Sequence record: MN087708.1
From: Enterobacter phage vB_EhoM-IME523
DNA: 40,000 nt
Direction: 5' to 3' (one strand)
In this document: positions 17,859 through 26,102 of the stretch, piece by piece
Numbering within the stretch: the first letter of the stretch is position 1
Layout of the letters: each line of letters starts with the position of its first letter
The notes under the pieces: generated by a model
What the model saw: only the letters and a program-made list of their open reading frames with translations
What the model was told of the DNA's origin: nothing
Databases searched by the model: none
Made by a program: the position numbers and the translations under genes

Positions 17859-18190
17859 TAGCCTGCCGCCTTAACAATTTTGAGGTCACGGAAGCCTTTC
17901 TTGCGCTGAGACTTCATACGCTTGATAGTCTTTTCAGAAATCTTGCCTGCATCAGGGTTGTAAGTGCCTACACCGAAAGCAGGGGTGCTGAATTCAGACA
18001 GAATATAAGCTACAACCAGTTCACGAATACGTGCCTTACCGATCTTCTGGTCATTTTCTTTCATTGTACCGTGCAGATCATTTTCCCACTGGTCGAGGAT
18101 TTCAGGCGTAACGTATCCACCAGATTTCATGATGCTAACAACTTTGTCATAAGCGAAAGAGTTCAGAACGTTTTTGATAGCTTGAGACAT
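17858..18190 (-). CDS. Hypothetical protein, about 110 aa
   Basis: Start reset to MSQAIKNVLNSFAYDKV with SD GAGG. Confidence 0.65.
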   Translation of the reverse strand: MSQAIKNVLNSFAYDKVVSIMKSGGYVTPEILDQWENDLHGTMKENDQKIGKARIRELVVAYILSEFSTPAFGVGTYNPDAGKISEKTIKRMKSQRKKGFRDLKIVKAAG

Positions 18191-18233
18191 AGCAATTTCC
18201 TCAGTAGTTAATATTTTGTTATCCAAGGAGGAC

Positions 18234-18263
18234 ATTATACCCTGTCCTCATGGGTTTTTAAAC
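18234..18263 (-). promoter_or_regulatory. Early promoter GTTTAA-N18-TATAAT in an inverted repeat
   Basis: Inverted repeat GAGGACA (18228-18234)/TGTCCTC (18243-18249). Confidence 0.65.
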
Positions 18264-18523
18264 TAGAAAATTCTTAAGTGGCGATTAATCAGCCACCCCA
18301 GATGGTCTGCTTCGATTTCAGTTATCTTAATGCCGATTTCTTTAAAGCGATTTTGAAGCTTCAATTTGTCATTACGTTTAATTAGGGCCACCTTAGGACC
18401 ATAAGCGAGTTCAGCAATGTAGCCGTTTTCAGGAGCAGTAGACCAAAGTGTGATGAAGACTACTTTTTGTTCATCAACAATCAAACGAATAATGTTTTTG
18501 ACTTCAGAAATTTTAATAGACAT
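18263..18523 (-). CDS. Hypothetical protein, 86 aa
   Basis: Complete ORF. Confidence 0.65.
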   Translation of the reverse strand: MSIKISEVKNIIRLIVDEQKVVFITLWSTAPENGYIAELAYGPKVALIKRNDKLKLQNRFKEIGIKITEIEADHLGWLINRHLRIF

Positions 18524-18783
18524 TAGTTCAGCTCCAGCAGAATGGCACGAACAACCTGTTCAACTTCAACATTTAACGTATCTGAAGCTAAAGCAAAAAT
18601 ACAGTTAGCAATACGCTGTGGATTTAGTTTGGCTTGTTCTACGTAACATTCAGTGCGGCAGCTTAGTGCACGGAAGATAATTTCTTTGTTACCAATTTCA
18701 ACAACAAGATTGTAATGACCATGACGATTTGCTACACGAAATTCCATACGAACTGATTTAGTTTTAGAAGTAAGAGCGGCCAT
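18523..18783 (-). CDS. Hypothetical protein, paralogue of the next gene
   Basis: Shared EQAKLNPQRI...FA motif; head-to-tail with 18783-19037. Confidence 0.7.
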   Translation of the reverse strand: MAALTSKTKSVRMEFRVANRHGHYNLVVEIGNKEIIFRALSCRTECYVEQAKLNPQRIANCIFALASDTLNVEVEQVVRAILLELN

Positions 18784-19037
18784 TAGATATTCCCCATGAT
18801 AAATTTAACTACGGCTTCAGATTCATAAACATAAACTTCAGGAATACAGGCAAATACTCCTGTCACGATACGTTGCGGATGTGCTTTAGCTTCCTTTACA
18901 GATATTTCAGTTTGGTTCCACTTATGGCTCAAACGAATCGTTGTAGCAGTGATTTCAATATGAAGCTGACGTGGGCGGTCGTTGGTGTTAACTTCAACAG
19001 TAGCACGAATATCCACTTCTTTGCTTAATAAATGCAT
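18783..19037 (-). CDS. Hypothetical protein, paralogue of the previous gene
   Basis: Shared KEAKAHPQRI...FA motif. Confidence 0.7.
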   Translation of the reverse strand: MHLLSKEVDIRATVEVNTNDRPRQLHIEITATTIRLSHKWNQTEISVKEAKAHPQRIVTGVFACIPEVYVYESEAVVKFIMGNI

Positions 19038-19076
19038 TTTGTATCTCCGGTTTGTTCGTTTTGTTGGTGTAGGAGC

Positions 19077-19106
19077 ATACTATCATGATGAAAGGGTGTT
19101 GTAAAC
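19077..19106 (-). promoter_or_regulatory. Early promoter GTTTAC-N18-TAGTAT overlapping a terminator
   Basis: -35 lies largely in the loop of hairpin AAAGGGTG (19091-19098)/CACCCTTT (19106-19113). Confidence 0.65.
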
Positions 19107-19119
19107 ACCCTTTGAAAGA

Positions 19120-19461
19120 TTAATCTTCTATGATGTCAGGGTCAAAGCCCTTATCGAGGAGGAGTTGTTTGAAGAGACGGATGTTGTGCACTAGCTTATC
19201 ATCAACAAAGATGACAGGATAGCGTATGTTGAGCGTAGGGAAACCTGCACGCTCGGCTAATGAAACTATAAGAGGCCTATCGTAAGTGAACCCTACGCCA
19301 TTCTCTGATGGCGAGAGCACATCATAAAACGAAAATGGAAGACCTAAGCCTTCCAAAATCTTACGAACATGAATACAACCAGGACAGCGGCTTACTGTCT
19401 CTGGAATCCCGTAGACCTCAATCTTTAGTGATTGGTTTTCCACGTGTAATACCACCTTCAT
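19120..19461 (-). CDS. nrdH: Glutaredoxin, NrdH-like
   Basis: KIEVYGIPETVSRCPGCIHVRKILEGLGLPFSFYDVL...YPVIFVDDKLV; CxxC redox motif; T4 has nrdH in the same 55-49 interval. Confidence 0.7.
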   Translation of the reverse strand: MKVVLHVENQSLKIEVYGIPETVSRCPGCIHVRKILEGLGLPFSFYDVLSPSENGVGFTYDRPLIVSLAERAGFPTLNIRYPVIFVDDKLVHNIRLFKQLLLDKGFDPDIIED

Positions 19462-19726
19462 ATGCCCATGAACCTAGTTCTTGATATTCACCGTCTTCAT
19501 CTTCTTTCCACAGACCGATTTCAATAAGGAAACCTGTATCAGCGAACTGGAAGTAGACAGAAGGAAGAACACCATGTTCAGAACTTACTTCATTAATTTT
19601 TGCCAAGGTTTCTTCTTCACCGACAAAGAAATCTGGGTTCAGTGTGCAGCCACCAAACTGGTAGCCGTCGCCGAGATCGTCCCATTCTTTCCAATCGGTT
19701 ACTACAAATTCTTCAAAACGTTTCAT
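19418..19726 (-). CDS. Hypothetical protein, 102 aa
   Basis: Complete ORF. Confidence 0.65.
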   Translation of the reverse strand: MKRFEEFVVTDWKEWDDLGDGYQFGGCTLNPDFFVGEEETLAKINEVSSEHGVLPSVYFQFADTGFLIEIGLWKEDEDGEYQELGSWAYEGGITRGKPITKD

Positions 19727-19938
19727 TTGTCAGCCTTTTTCATGGCTTCTGCTTTAGCTTCAACCTTAGCGATAGCTTTATCGATAGAAGCTTTGAAGTC
19801 AAATTTTTCGCCATCGATTTTAGGGTCAATATAATGAATCAGCGCTGCGACAATAACAACAGGAATCATAGCAACCATTGCGTATGCCATCAGAATAACA
19901 AACAGAATTACAACCAGATATTTACGGAACTGAGTCAT
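19723..19938 (-). CDS. Small membrane protein, 71 aa
   Basis: YLVVILFVILMAYAMVAMIPVVIVAALI transmembrane stretch. Confidence 0.7.
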   Translation of the reverse strand: MTQFRKYLVVILFVILMAYAMVAMIPVVIVAALIHYIDPKIDGEKFDFKASIDKAIAKVEAKAEAMKKADK

Positions 19939-20057
19939 TAGCCCACCATTTTAGTTAGAGAATCAATAAGAAGCATTGAATGCAATGCAGGGAATTCTTC
20001 ACCCATTTTCATAATGAGTTCATATGCATCACAGAGTTGAGTATTCAGCCAATTCAT
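19938..20057 (-). CDS. 39-aa protein (not in supplied track)
   Basis: MNWLNTQLCDAYELIMKMGEEFPALHSMLLIDSLTKMVG; SD TGAGGA; TAATG overlap with the downstream gene. Confidence 0.6.
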   Translation of the reverse strand: MNWLNTQLCDAYELIMKMGEEFPALHSMLLIDSLTKMVG

Positions 20058-20527
20058 TTTAACGATTTCCTCAGTTGTTTTTTGAATGAAGCGACCATCT
20101 TAGTTTTTGTATCGCTTTCGACATAAGTAAAACCATGTTGTTTGAACATAGTTATCATATCATCTTTATTGCCACGAGCGAATTCTTTTGCTTTATCATT
20201 GACAAAATTGGGATGAATATTGTTTTCGCTATAATCAGTTTTCAGATAGACGAGCAAATTCTCAAGCCATTCGAGGTAGTCGACATTTTGACCTTTAAGA
20301 CCAGAGCGGTTGAACTTATGCTTCATTTGTCCTTCTGCAGCGTTACACAAATTACACAGCAACCCACGAACCTTACCGGCTTTTGGCCCGTTTAGGTCGT
20401 GGTCGTGGTCAAGATGGTTAGCTTGAACATCAGGGTCTAAATCTCTCTTACAGATTAAACACTTGCCATGTTGTGCATCATAAAATTTTTGTTTTTGTTC
20501 TTTGTATAGTTTTCCAGTCAAAAGCAT
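20054..20527 (-). CDS. 49: Recombination endonuclease VII (Holliday junction resolvase)
   Basis: YDAQHGKCLICKRDLDPDVQANHLDHDHDLNGPKAGKVRGLLCNLCNAAEGQMKHKFNRSGL. Confidence 0.96.
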   Translation of the reverse strand: MLLTGKLYKEQKQKFYDAQHGKCLICKRDLDPDVQANHLDHDHDLNGPKAGKVRGLLCNLCNAAEGQMKHKFNRSGLKGQNVDYLEWLENLLVYLKTDYSENNIHPNFVNDKAKEFARGNKDDMITMFKQHGFTYVESDTKTKMVASFKKQLRKSLK

Positions 20528-20564
20528 AAGTTCACCCCATAAGTAGATGAACTTATTTATGCTT
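20522..20564 (-). promoter_or_regulatory. Gene 49 leader hairpin covering the start codon, containing late-promoter-like CATAAATA (20554-20561)
   Basis: ATAAGTTCA (20526-20534) pairs perfectly with TGAACTTAT (20548-20556); AAGC/GCTT extension; start codon at 20525-20527. Confidence 0.65.
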
Positions 20565-20991
20565 AGAAAGCCCTGTCAGAAAATTCTAGTTGTTTTTCAA
20601 GCTTCTTAATATAATCTATTGCAGCGATAACCAGATTAGCATTATAACCACCAAGCTCGTCAACAATAGCGTCCAGACGTTCTACAATAGGAAGACCATC
20701 AAACATACCAGTCGGAACTTCTGGGAACATATCAGAAGCAAGCTCTTCAATTTCTTTCAGCTGGTCCATTGTATCTTCACAATAGAAGCACCAGAACCAA
20801 GAGTCACGTCCATTTACATGAAGATAAGGGCCGTTCTTGATTTTAACTGAAGTAATACCGTCTTCATAGTCACGGTCACGTTCAGCAACAGTAACAACCT
20901 TGAACACAACACCTTTCTTCAGTTCAGGAAATTGCATCTGCAGTTCTTCATCATCAGAAATGATTTCAAAAACTTTATTCACAAGGCTCAT
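20563..20991 (-). CDS. Hypothetical protein, 142 aa
   Basis: Start reset to MSLVNKVFEI with SD GGAG. Confidence 0.65.
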   Translation of the reverse strand: MSLVNKVFEIISDDEELQMQFPELKKGVVFKVVTVAERDRDYEDGITSVKIKNGPYLHVNGRDSWFWCFYCEDTMDQLKEIEELASDMFPEVPTGMFDGLPIVERLDAIVDELGGYNANLVIAAIDYIKKLEKQLEFSDRAF

Positions 20992-21157
20992 AACCAAACT
21001 CCATATCAATTAACTCATTTAAGGAAGGTTCATCATAACACTCTTCCTTCTCTGTGTAAACAGGTTCTTCAGGCTCGACAGTTTCCCATCGAGCTGCATA
21101 CCATGGCTTACTGGTCACGCCAATAGCTTGAGACTTCGAAATCAGGAGCATCATCAT
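20975..21157 (-). CDS. Hypothetical protein, 60 aa
   Basis: Complete ORF, start uncertain. Confidence 0.5.
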   Translation of the reverse strand: MMMLLISKSQAIGVTSKPWYAARWETVEPEEPVYTEKEECYDEPSLNELIDMEFGYEPCE

Positions 21158-21425
21158 ATTCCCAGAACCATTCTCCTACTGGAATATAATCGGTTTGGCC
21201 TGTTTCTTTATTCTGGACCGGCTCATAGTCAGTATTCTCGAGACCAACGAACTGCCATTGGACTTCATAGGCTACACCACCGATGACAACAGTGTTCTCA
21301 CCCCAAGCGTTCTCTACAGCCCATTCAATGCCTTCAGACTTTGCAAGAGCAACCATATAGTCATACAGTTTCCACTCGAGGTCATCTTGAACGCCATCGC
21401 CCAAATTAATAATTTGACCTTTCAT
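21108..21425 (-). CDS. Hypothetical acidic protein, 105 aa
   Basis: Complete ORF. Confidence 0.65.
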   Translation of the reverse strand: MKGQIINLGDGVQDDLEWKLYDYMVALAKSEGIEWAVENAWGENTVVIGGVAYEVQWQFVGLENTDYEPVQNKETGQTDYIPVGEWFWEYDDAPDFEVSSYWRDQ

Positions 21426-21582
21426 TTTTCAGTTGTTCCAATTCTAGTAGATTAAACCACTCAGAGAAAACATCGTGTTCCTGTTCTCTGAGTTCCCAGA
21501 ACATCTTCTCAATTTTCTTTAGACGTTCTAGTTCGTCTATTGGAATTTGAGTCCAGCCACAAGGAGATGAATGGAGGTTCAT
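21406..21582 (-). CDS. 58-aa protein (not in supplied track)
   Basis: MNLHSSPCGWTQIPIDELERLKKIEKMFWELREQEHDVFSEWFNLLELEQLKNERSNY; ATGA overlap with nrdC stop. Confidence 0.65.
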   Translation of the reverse strand: MNLHSSPCGWTQIPIDELERLKKIEKMFWELREQEHDVFSEWFNLLELEQLKNERSNY

Positions 21583-21848
21583 TTCAATTGTCCTGCTACA
21601 GCACGGAAATCATCGAAACCACCAAGATGGTTATCATTCCAGAAAATCTGAGGCATAGTGATACCTACCTTACTTTCACGACCAAGACGTTTCAGAAGGT
21701 CGGCGATAACAGCATCATCGAATACTTCTTTCTGAGGCATCACATTCACAAACTCAAATGGAATACCTTTCATCGTCGCCAGGCGTTTAGCATTATCGCA
21801 GTAAGCACATTTATGAATTGTGCTGTCGTAGCCAAAAATCGTTAACAT
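21579..21848 (-). CDS. nrdC: Thioredoxin/glutaredoxin NrdC
   Basis: MLTIFGYDSTIHKCAYCDNAKRLATMKGIPFEFVNVMPQKEVFDD...GITMPQIF...LGGFDD resembles T4 NrdC. Confidence 0.95.
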   Translation of the reverse strand: MLTIFGYDSTIHKCAYCDNAKRLATMKGIPFEFVNVMPQKEVFDDAVIADLLKRLGRESKVGITMPQIFWNDNHLGGFDDFRAVAGQLK

Positions 21849-22116
21849 CTTCGTCTATTTCCTTAAATATTTGTTCGATAACATCATCGAAATCAGGATG
21901 TGATTCGATACCATGATATACGTCATAATTGCCAAGTCGTTTACGTGCTTCATGGTAAATTGCATTAGAGGCAAAGTTCTTGGCTTTTGTCATAGCTGAT
22001 TTTATCACAGAATCACTTGGAGCAGAATTATTCTCTTTGTGGTACATCATGAATAAACGCAGAGCACAACGCTCTGCTTCTTCCATATATTCTTTACGTT
22101 GTTTAGCCAATTTCAA
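21811..22116 (-). CDS. Hypothetical protein, 101 aa
   Basis: Complete ORF. Confidence 0.65.
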   Translation of the reverse strand: MKLAKQRKEYMEEAERCALRLFMMYHKENNSAPSDSVIKSAMTKAKNFASNAIYHEARKRLGNYDVYHGIESHPDFDDVIEQIFKEIDEDVNDFWLRQHNS

Positions 22117-22402
22117 TCACCTTTTTATATGCTTCATGACCAGCAATAGCAATACGTTCAGACATCGATAGCGATGTTTCTGGCTGCTGGGCTAATTGAG
22201 CCGCTGCATTGATTTTAAACATGATAATGTCAAAATCTGTTGCAGCATGAATAGAACGATGAACATGGTCCATATTCAAAGCTTCGCCTTTTTCTTCGGC
22301 ATATTGAAGACAAATTTTGGCCGTAACACCTCGAAGTTCTTTGAACAAGGCCTTCATTTCAGGAGTATTAGAAATTTTTTCTTTATTTTCGAATGGATTC
22401 AT
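22103..22402 (-). CDS. Hypothetical protein, 99 aa
   Basis: Start reset to MNPFENKEK with SD AGAGG. Confidence 0.65.
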   Translation of the reverse strand: MNPFENKEKISNTPEMKALFKELRGVTAKICLQYAEEKGEALNMDHVHRSIHAATDFDIIMFKINAAAQLAQQPETSLSMSERIAIAGHEAYKKVIEIG

Positions 22403-22403
22403 T

Positions 22404-22904
22404 TTAGGCCTCTGGGAACAGGGTTTTAATACGAGCGGCGATTGCTTTATCAAGAGACTTAGTAAAGCGATTCTGAAGTGCAGTAGTAATCATCATTTCC
22501 ATACGCTCTTCAGAAAGCTTAATGGTGCGTTCAATACGACCTTCAAGGTCTGCGATGGCATCATCAACCTGCTTATTGATTGCATCGGTAACACGTTCAT
22601 ATGCAATACGATTTGCAGCTTCACGCATCTTAGTATCAAGAGCCAGAGTACCTTCGATATCATTCCAACCTTTCTTTTTGAAGAATAGGTCAAACTGTTC
22701 GCGTACTGCAACGTTTACATCCGGCAGGCGGGCGCCTACGAGACTGATTTCTTTCTGAATAGTTTCTTGTACTTTATTCTTACTATTCTTCAGGACGAGT
22801 TCCTGCACAACATTATTGATGACTGCTTGCTGCAGTTCAACACGTGACTCTTCGTCAGAAAACAGCTTCATTACAGCATTTGTATCAAGTTTTAAACTAA
22901 TCAT
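22404..22904 (-). CDS. Hypothetical helical protein, 166 aa
   Basis: Complete ORF. Confidence 0.65.
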   Translation of the reverse strand: MISLKLDTNAVMKLFSDEESRVELQQAVINNVVQELVLKNSKNKVQETIQKEISLVGARLPDVNVAVREQFDLFFKKKGWNDIEGTLALDTKMREAANRIAYERVTDAINKQVDDAIADLEGRIERTIKLSEERMEMMITTALQNRFTKSLDKAIAARIKTLFPEA

Positions 22905-23191
22905 TTTATGGTTCTCACGAATTTTTGTTTACATGTACGACACTTGAACTGAAGTGTCGGTGCAGCCCATTGGGTAAGTTGTACCTGAATACTATCACAG
23001 AAAGGACAAGGTTTAGCATGCTTTCGAGCCCATTCACGGCGATCAGCCATTTCTAATACAGTGGCCCAGTTGATTTCAGGAACTTCGATTTCATCACAAC
23101 CCTTGAAAGGAACAGGACCTTTTTCAAGGTCCACTTCAGTCCAACCTTCAGGTAAGGATAAATCTAAATCTTCGGCTAATTGGTTTTTCAT
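22901..23191 (-). CDS. Zinc-ribbon protein, 96 aa
   Basis: CPFC...CRTC. Confidence 0.65.
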   Translation of the reverse strand: MKNQLAEDLDLSLPEGWTEVDLEKGPVPFKGCDEIEVPEINWATVLEMADRREWARKHAKPCPFCDSIQVQLTQWAAPTLQFKCRTCKQKFVRTIK

Positions 23192-24195
23192 TTACGCAGT
23201 TCCTGCATTGCATGAAGCAGTTTAGCACGTTGTGCACGAATCTTATCTGCTTTACCAGTGAGTTCATCGATCTGACGATCATAATCATCAACAACAATAG
23301 TCATTTCATTCACAGACTTTTCCATTTCTTTATAGAAATGTTCTTCGACTGGGACTGATTCAGGCTTGTAGATTTTAAGGAAATTCGCTTTAGAAGTATC
23401 TACAGACAGTTCGCCTTTAATAGTATCTTTTGGCTCATCAAAATCAGGAGCTTTAACCTGCGGTGCACGAACAGTTACCGTGAATACAACTGATGAGCCA
23501 AAACGACGGAAAGTATAATGGAACAATTCCGGGTTAGTCGCATTCATGAAAGCACGAAGCTGCGCAAACGTCTTTTCTTCTGGAGCATGGTTAACGATTG
23601 TAACTGTGAATTTATTATCACAGCCCGAGATCATTTTAGCATCAAGATAAGGCAGAGGTTCGCGCCCGGTTTTAAATTCGAGCTCACGGCTACTTCCTAC
23701 GCACAGACGAGAACCGAGTGTCAGAATCATACGCCAATTGTAGTTAAATTCTGAACAGAAGCTTTGAGTGTAAGCTTTCATTGTTGGTGAACATGCTGAA
23801 GTGAAATGCCCACGAGCGTTTTTACGAGTGAACTTCATTCCTTCTTTACGTTCGCCAAACTGAGAGATACGTTTCAATGCTCGTTCTGTGGCGAAATACT
23901 TCGCATTTTTAAGTGCCTTATAGAAATCATATACGCACAGATAAGTATATTCTGGGCGAAGAGCAATGGTAGGCAGACGATTAATGATAGCTTGTGAACC
24001 GCCGATAAGAGTAAAGGCTTCAGTATTCAATAGTGCACCGAGTTGATCTACATATGCTTTAACATCAACCGGATGATTCTTGACTACCGATTTACCATCA
24101 GTAATATTCCCAAGAAGAAAATTATCCTCTTCACGGAAATAGTTTGCCGCTACACGGCACGCTTCGCGAATTTTAGTACGGTTATCTGATTTCAT
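23188..24195 (-). CDS. Hypothetical protein, 335 aa
   Basis: Long ORF, overlapping start/stop with neighbour. Confidence 0.75.
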   Translation of the reverse strand: MKSDNRTKIREACRVAANYFREEDNFLLGNITDGKSVVKNHPVDVKAYVDQLGALLNTEAFTLIGGSQAIINRLPTIALRPEYTYLCVYDFYKALKNAKYFATERALKRISQFGERKEGMKFTRKNARGHFTSACSPTMKAYTQSFCSEFNYNWRMILTLGSRLCVGSSRELEFKTGREPLPYLDAKMISGCDNKFTVTIVNHAPEEKTFAQLRAFMNATNPELFHYTFRRFGSSVVFTVTVRAPQVKAPDFDEPKDTIKGELSVDTSKANFLKIYKPESVPVEEHFYKEMEKSVNEMTIVVDDYDRQIDELTGKADKIRAQRAKLLHAMQELRK

Positions 24196-24255
24196 AATAT
24201 TTTCCTCTATCTTTCTTGGCTGATAAATAATCCCGTTTTGAAAGGACCATGATTC

Positions 24256-24281
24256 ATTATACCATAGCCCTTTCTAAAGCG
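24256..24281 (-). promoter_or_regulatory. Candidate middle promoter
   Basis: Minus strand CGCTTTA - 13 nt - TATAAT. Confidence 0.4.
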
Positions 24282-24283
24282 TT

Positions 24284-24493
24284 TTAGTCGAAAATCATTT
24301 CGCAAATCCAAACGAATGGGCTGATCAAGACTTTAAGGATATAAAATATCCAGAACACAGGCCACATCACAACGACCATTGCTGCCGTGTTCCCATCAAA
24401 GTCATCTAAGAACCAATCGCCGACCCAACGAAAATAGAAGGCTGAAGCAAAGCCTACAATAACGTAGGCTACTGCGAATAAAATAACTTCCAT
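24284..24493 (-). CDS. Small membrane protein, 69 aa
   Basis: Two hydrophobic segments, MWPVFWIFY motif. Confidence 0.7.
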   Translation of the reverse strand: MEVILFAVAYVIVGFASAFYFRWVGDWFLDDFDGNTAAMVVVMWPVFWIFYILKVLISPFVWICEMIFD

Positions 24494-24915
24494 TAGGACC
24501 TCGAATCAATAATTCGTAATTGGGCTTGTTTGTAGGTATAAATTGCTTCTTTAAGTTGAGAGTTGCTCACTTTAAGATTAGTGTTATACCATTTATTCAG
24601 GTCTTGATGCTTTTTGTAAACTTCTTGAAGTTTGTTATTGGCTTCAATTAAAGCATCTTGGAGCTTTGTGAATTGAGCTTCCATGACTTCGCGTTTAACA
24701 CTTCCATCATAGTTCAGAGCACAAAGAACGTTAGTATGACGCCAGAGCTCTCTGAGTTCGCCTAGAACGTTTTTATCTTTACCCCAATTAAACTTATACA
24801 GTTCTTCACAAATGGCTTCAGCCTGCTTCTCAGCTTTACCTTTAGCCATCCCGGCATAGATGTGAGCAGGTGGATAAAGGGCCGTGTTATCGACCCAGTT
24901 TGAAAGAATAAACAT
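24493..24915 (-). CDS. Hypothetical protein, 140 aa
   Basis: Complete ORF. Confidence 0.65.
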   Translation of the reverse strand: MFILSNWVDNTALYPPAHIYAGMAKGKAEKQAEAICEELYKFNWGKDKNVLGELRELWRHTNVLCALNYDGSVKREVMEAQFTKLQDALIEANNKLQEVYKKHQDLNKWYNTNLKVSNSQLKEAIYTYKQAQLRIIDSRS

Positions 24916-25685
24916 TAAATCACCACTGATGAAGGACGTTTGAAGAAGGAGTGAGTAATGTCATCCTTAGCATGTTCAAACGTCGCTTTGAACTCGATAT
25001 CACCACGGTAGTCATGTGGTACTGCCTTTGGCAGAGAACCATAAACCGTAGCGCCATTTTCCAGACGAACAGTCATCTTAAAGACTGGACCATATTCACC
25101 CATCCAATCTTTGACTGAAACAACCTTACCTTTTACTGTCTGTTTGCCCACAGGAGCTTCGCCTTTGGACTTATTCAGCTCAGCATAATAATTATTATAC
25201 CAAGCTTCAGAGTACGCCTGAATCGCTTCCAGGATGGTTTTATGTGCACGTACTTTACACATACCAGCCTTATGACCACCTTCCAAATCCCATACTTTGT
25301 ACGGAGTCTGGATTTCTACTTTGTTCAAAGCTTTGATTTCTTTGTACATATCATAAGTAAGACGAAGCTTCCACCAACCGTGGTCACCAGTATACTCAGG
25401 CTTGTCAAAGTTATCAAGCTCGGTGACATATGGAAGATAACTACCAGCGTGATATGCTTCCACTTCACCTAATTCATTTTCCCACAAGTAACCATCAAAT
25501 GGCGCATGTGGACGGTCATCAACACCCCAAGTAGGAGCTACGACTTTATCGAATGATTCACGTCCGTAGAGGGACTTGCTCCAGCCTGAGTTCAACTCCT
25601 CGGCGCGTTTTTCAACTTTCGCTCGGTGCTCACGATGGGCTTTACGATTTTCTTCAAAAAGGTCATTGATGATTTTAGTTAACAT
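24915..25685 (-). CDS. Hypothetical protein, 256 aa
   Basis: Complete ORF, SD GGAG. Confidence 0.75.
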   Translation of the reverse strand: MLTKIINDLFEENRKAHREHRAKVEKRAEELNSGWSKSLYGRESFDKVVAPTWGVDDRPHAPFDGYLWENELGEVEAYHAGSYLPYVTELDNFDKPEYTGDHGWWKLRLTYDMYKEIKALNKVEIQTPYKVWDLEGGHKAGMCKVRAHKTILEAIQAYSEAWYNNYYAELNKSKGEAPVGKQTVKGKVVSVKDWMGEYGPVFKMTVRLENGATVYGSLPKAVPHDYRGDIEFKATFEHAKDDITHSFFKRPSSVVI

Positions 25686-25712
25686 TTTAAATCTCCATGT
25701 TGGTGTAGGAAC

Positions 25713-25742
25713 ATACTAACACGCTCCTACACCTTTGTAAAC
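25713..25742 (-). promoter_or_regulatory. Early promoter GTTTAC-N18-TAGTAT in a 9-bp inverted repeat
   Basis: GGTGTAGGA (25702-25710)/TCCTACACC (25725-25733). Confidence 0.7.
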
Positions 25743-25888
25743 TACTTCTTATAAATGACGTAGATCACCCATACCGGCCAGAAGAAAATGATAAAAAGAT
25801 TCTTCGGGAGCCGTTTCATTGCTGTTTTGCCTTTAACATATCCTGATGACATTGCGGCTATCAGAAGCCCAGAAATTAGCCAAGTCAT
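25742..25888 (-). CDS. Small membrane protein, 48 aa (not in supplied track)
   Basis: MTWLISGLLIAAMSSGYVKGKTAMKRLPKNLFIIFFWPVWVIYVIYKK. Confidence 0.6.
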   Translation of the reverse strand: MTWLISGLLIAAMSSGYVKGKTAMKRLPKNLFIIFFWPVWVIYVIYKK

Positions 25889-25928
25889 AGGAGCAACAAA
25901 AAAGCTAAAGCCATTGCTAGAGGAGTCA

Positions 25929-26102
25929 TTAGTCTTCCTTATTCACACAATAGAAAATCCATACAGGCCACGCAAGAATGCAAACCAATGTTTTGAATGC
26001 ATTACTTCTACGAAGTTTGATGCCTGTGATAGAGATGCACCCGGCACCGACAGCAAACCATGATACAGCACCAATGATGTTGGCCAAAAGTACAGGTTCC
26101 AT
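25929..26102 (-). CDS. Small membrane protein, 57 aa (not in supplied track)
   Basis: MEPVLLANIIGAVSWFAVGAGCISITGIKLRRSNAFKTLVCILAWPVWIFYCVNKED; abuts the next gene. Confidence 0.65.
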   Translation of the reverse strand: MEPVLLANIIGAVSWFAVGAGCISITGIKLRRSNAFKTLVCILAWPVWIFYCVNKED

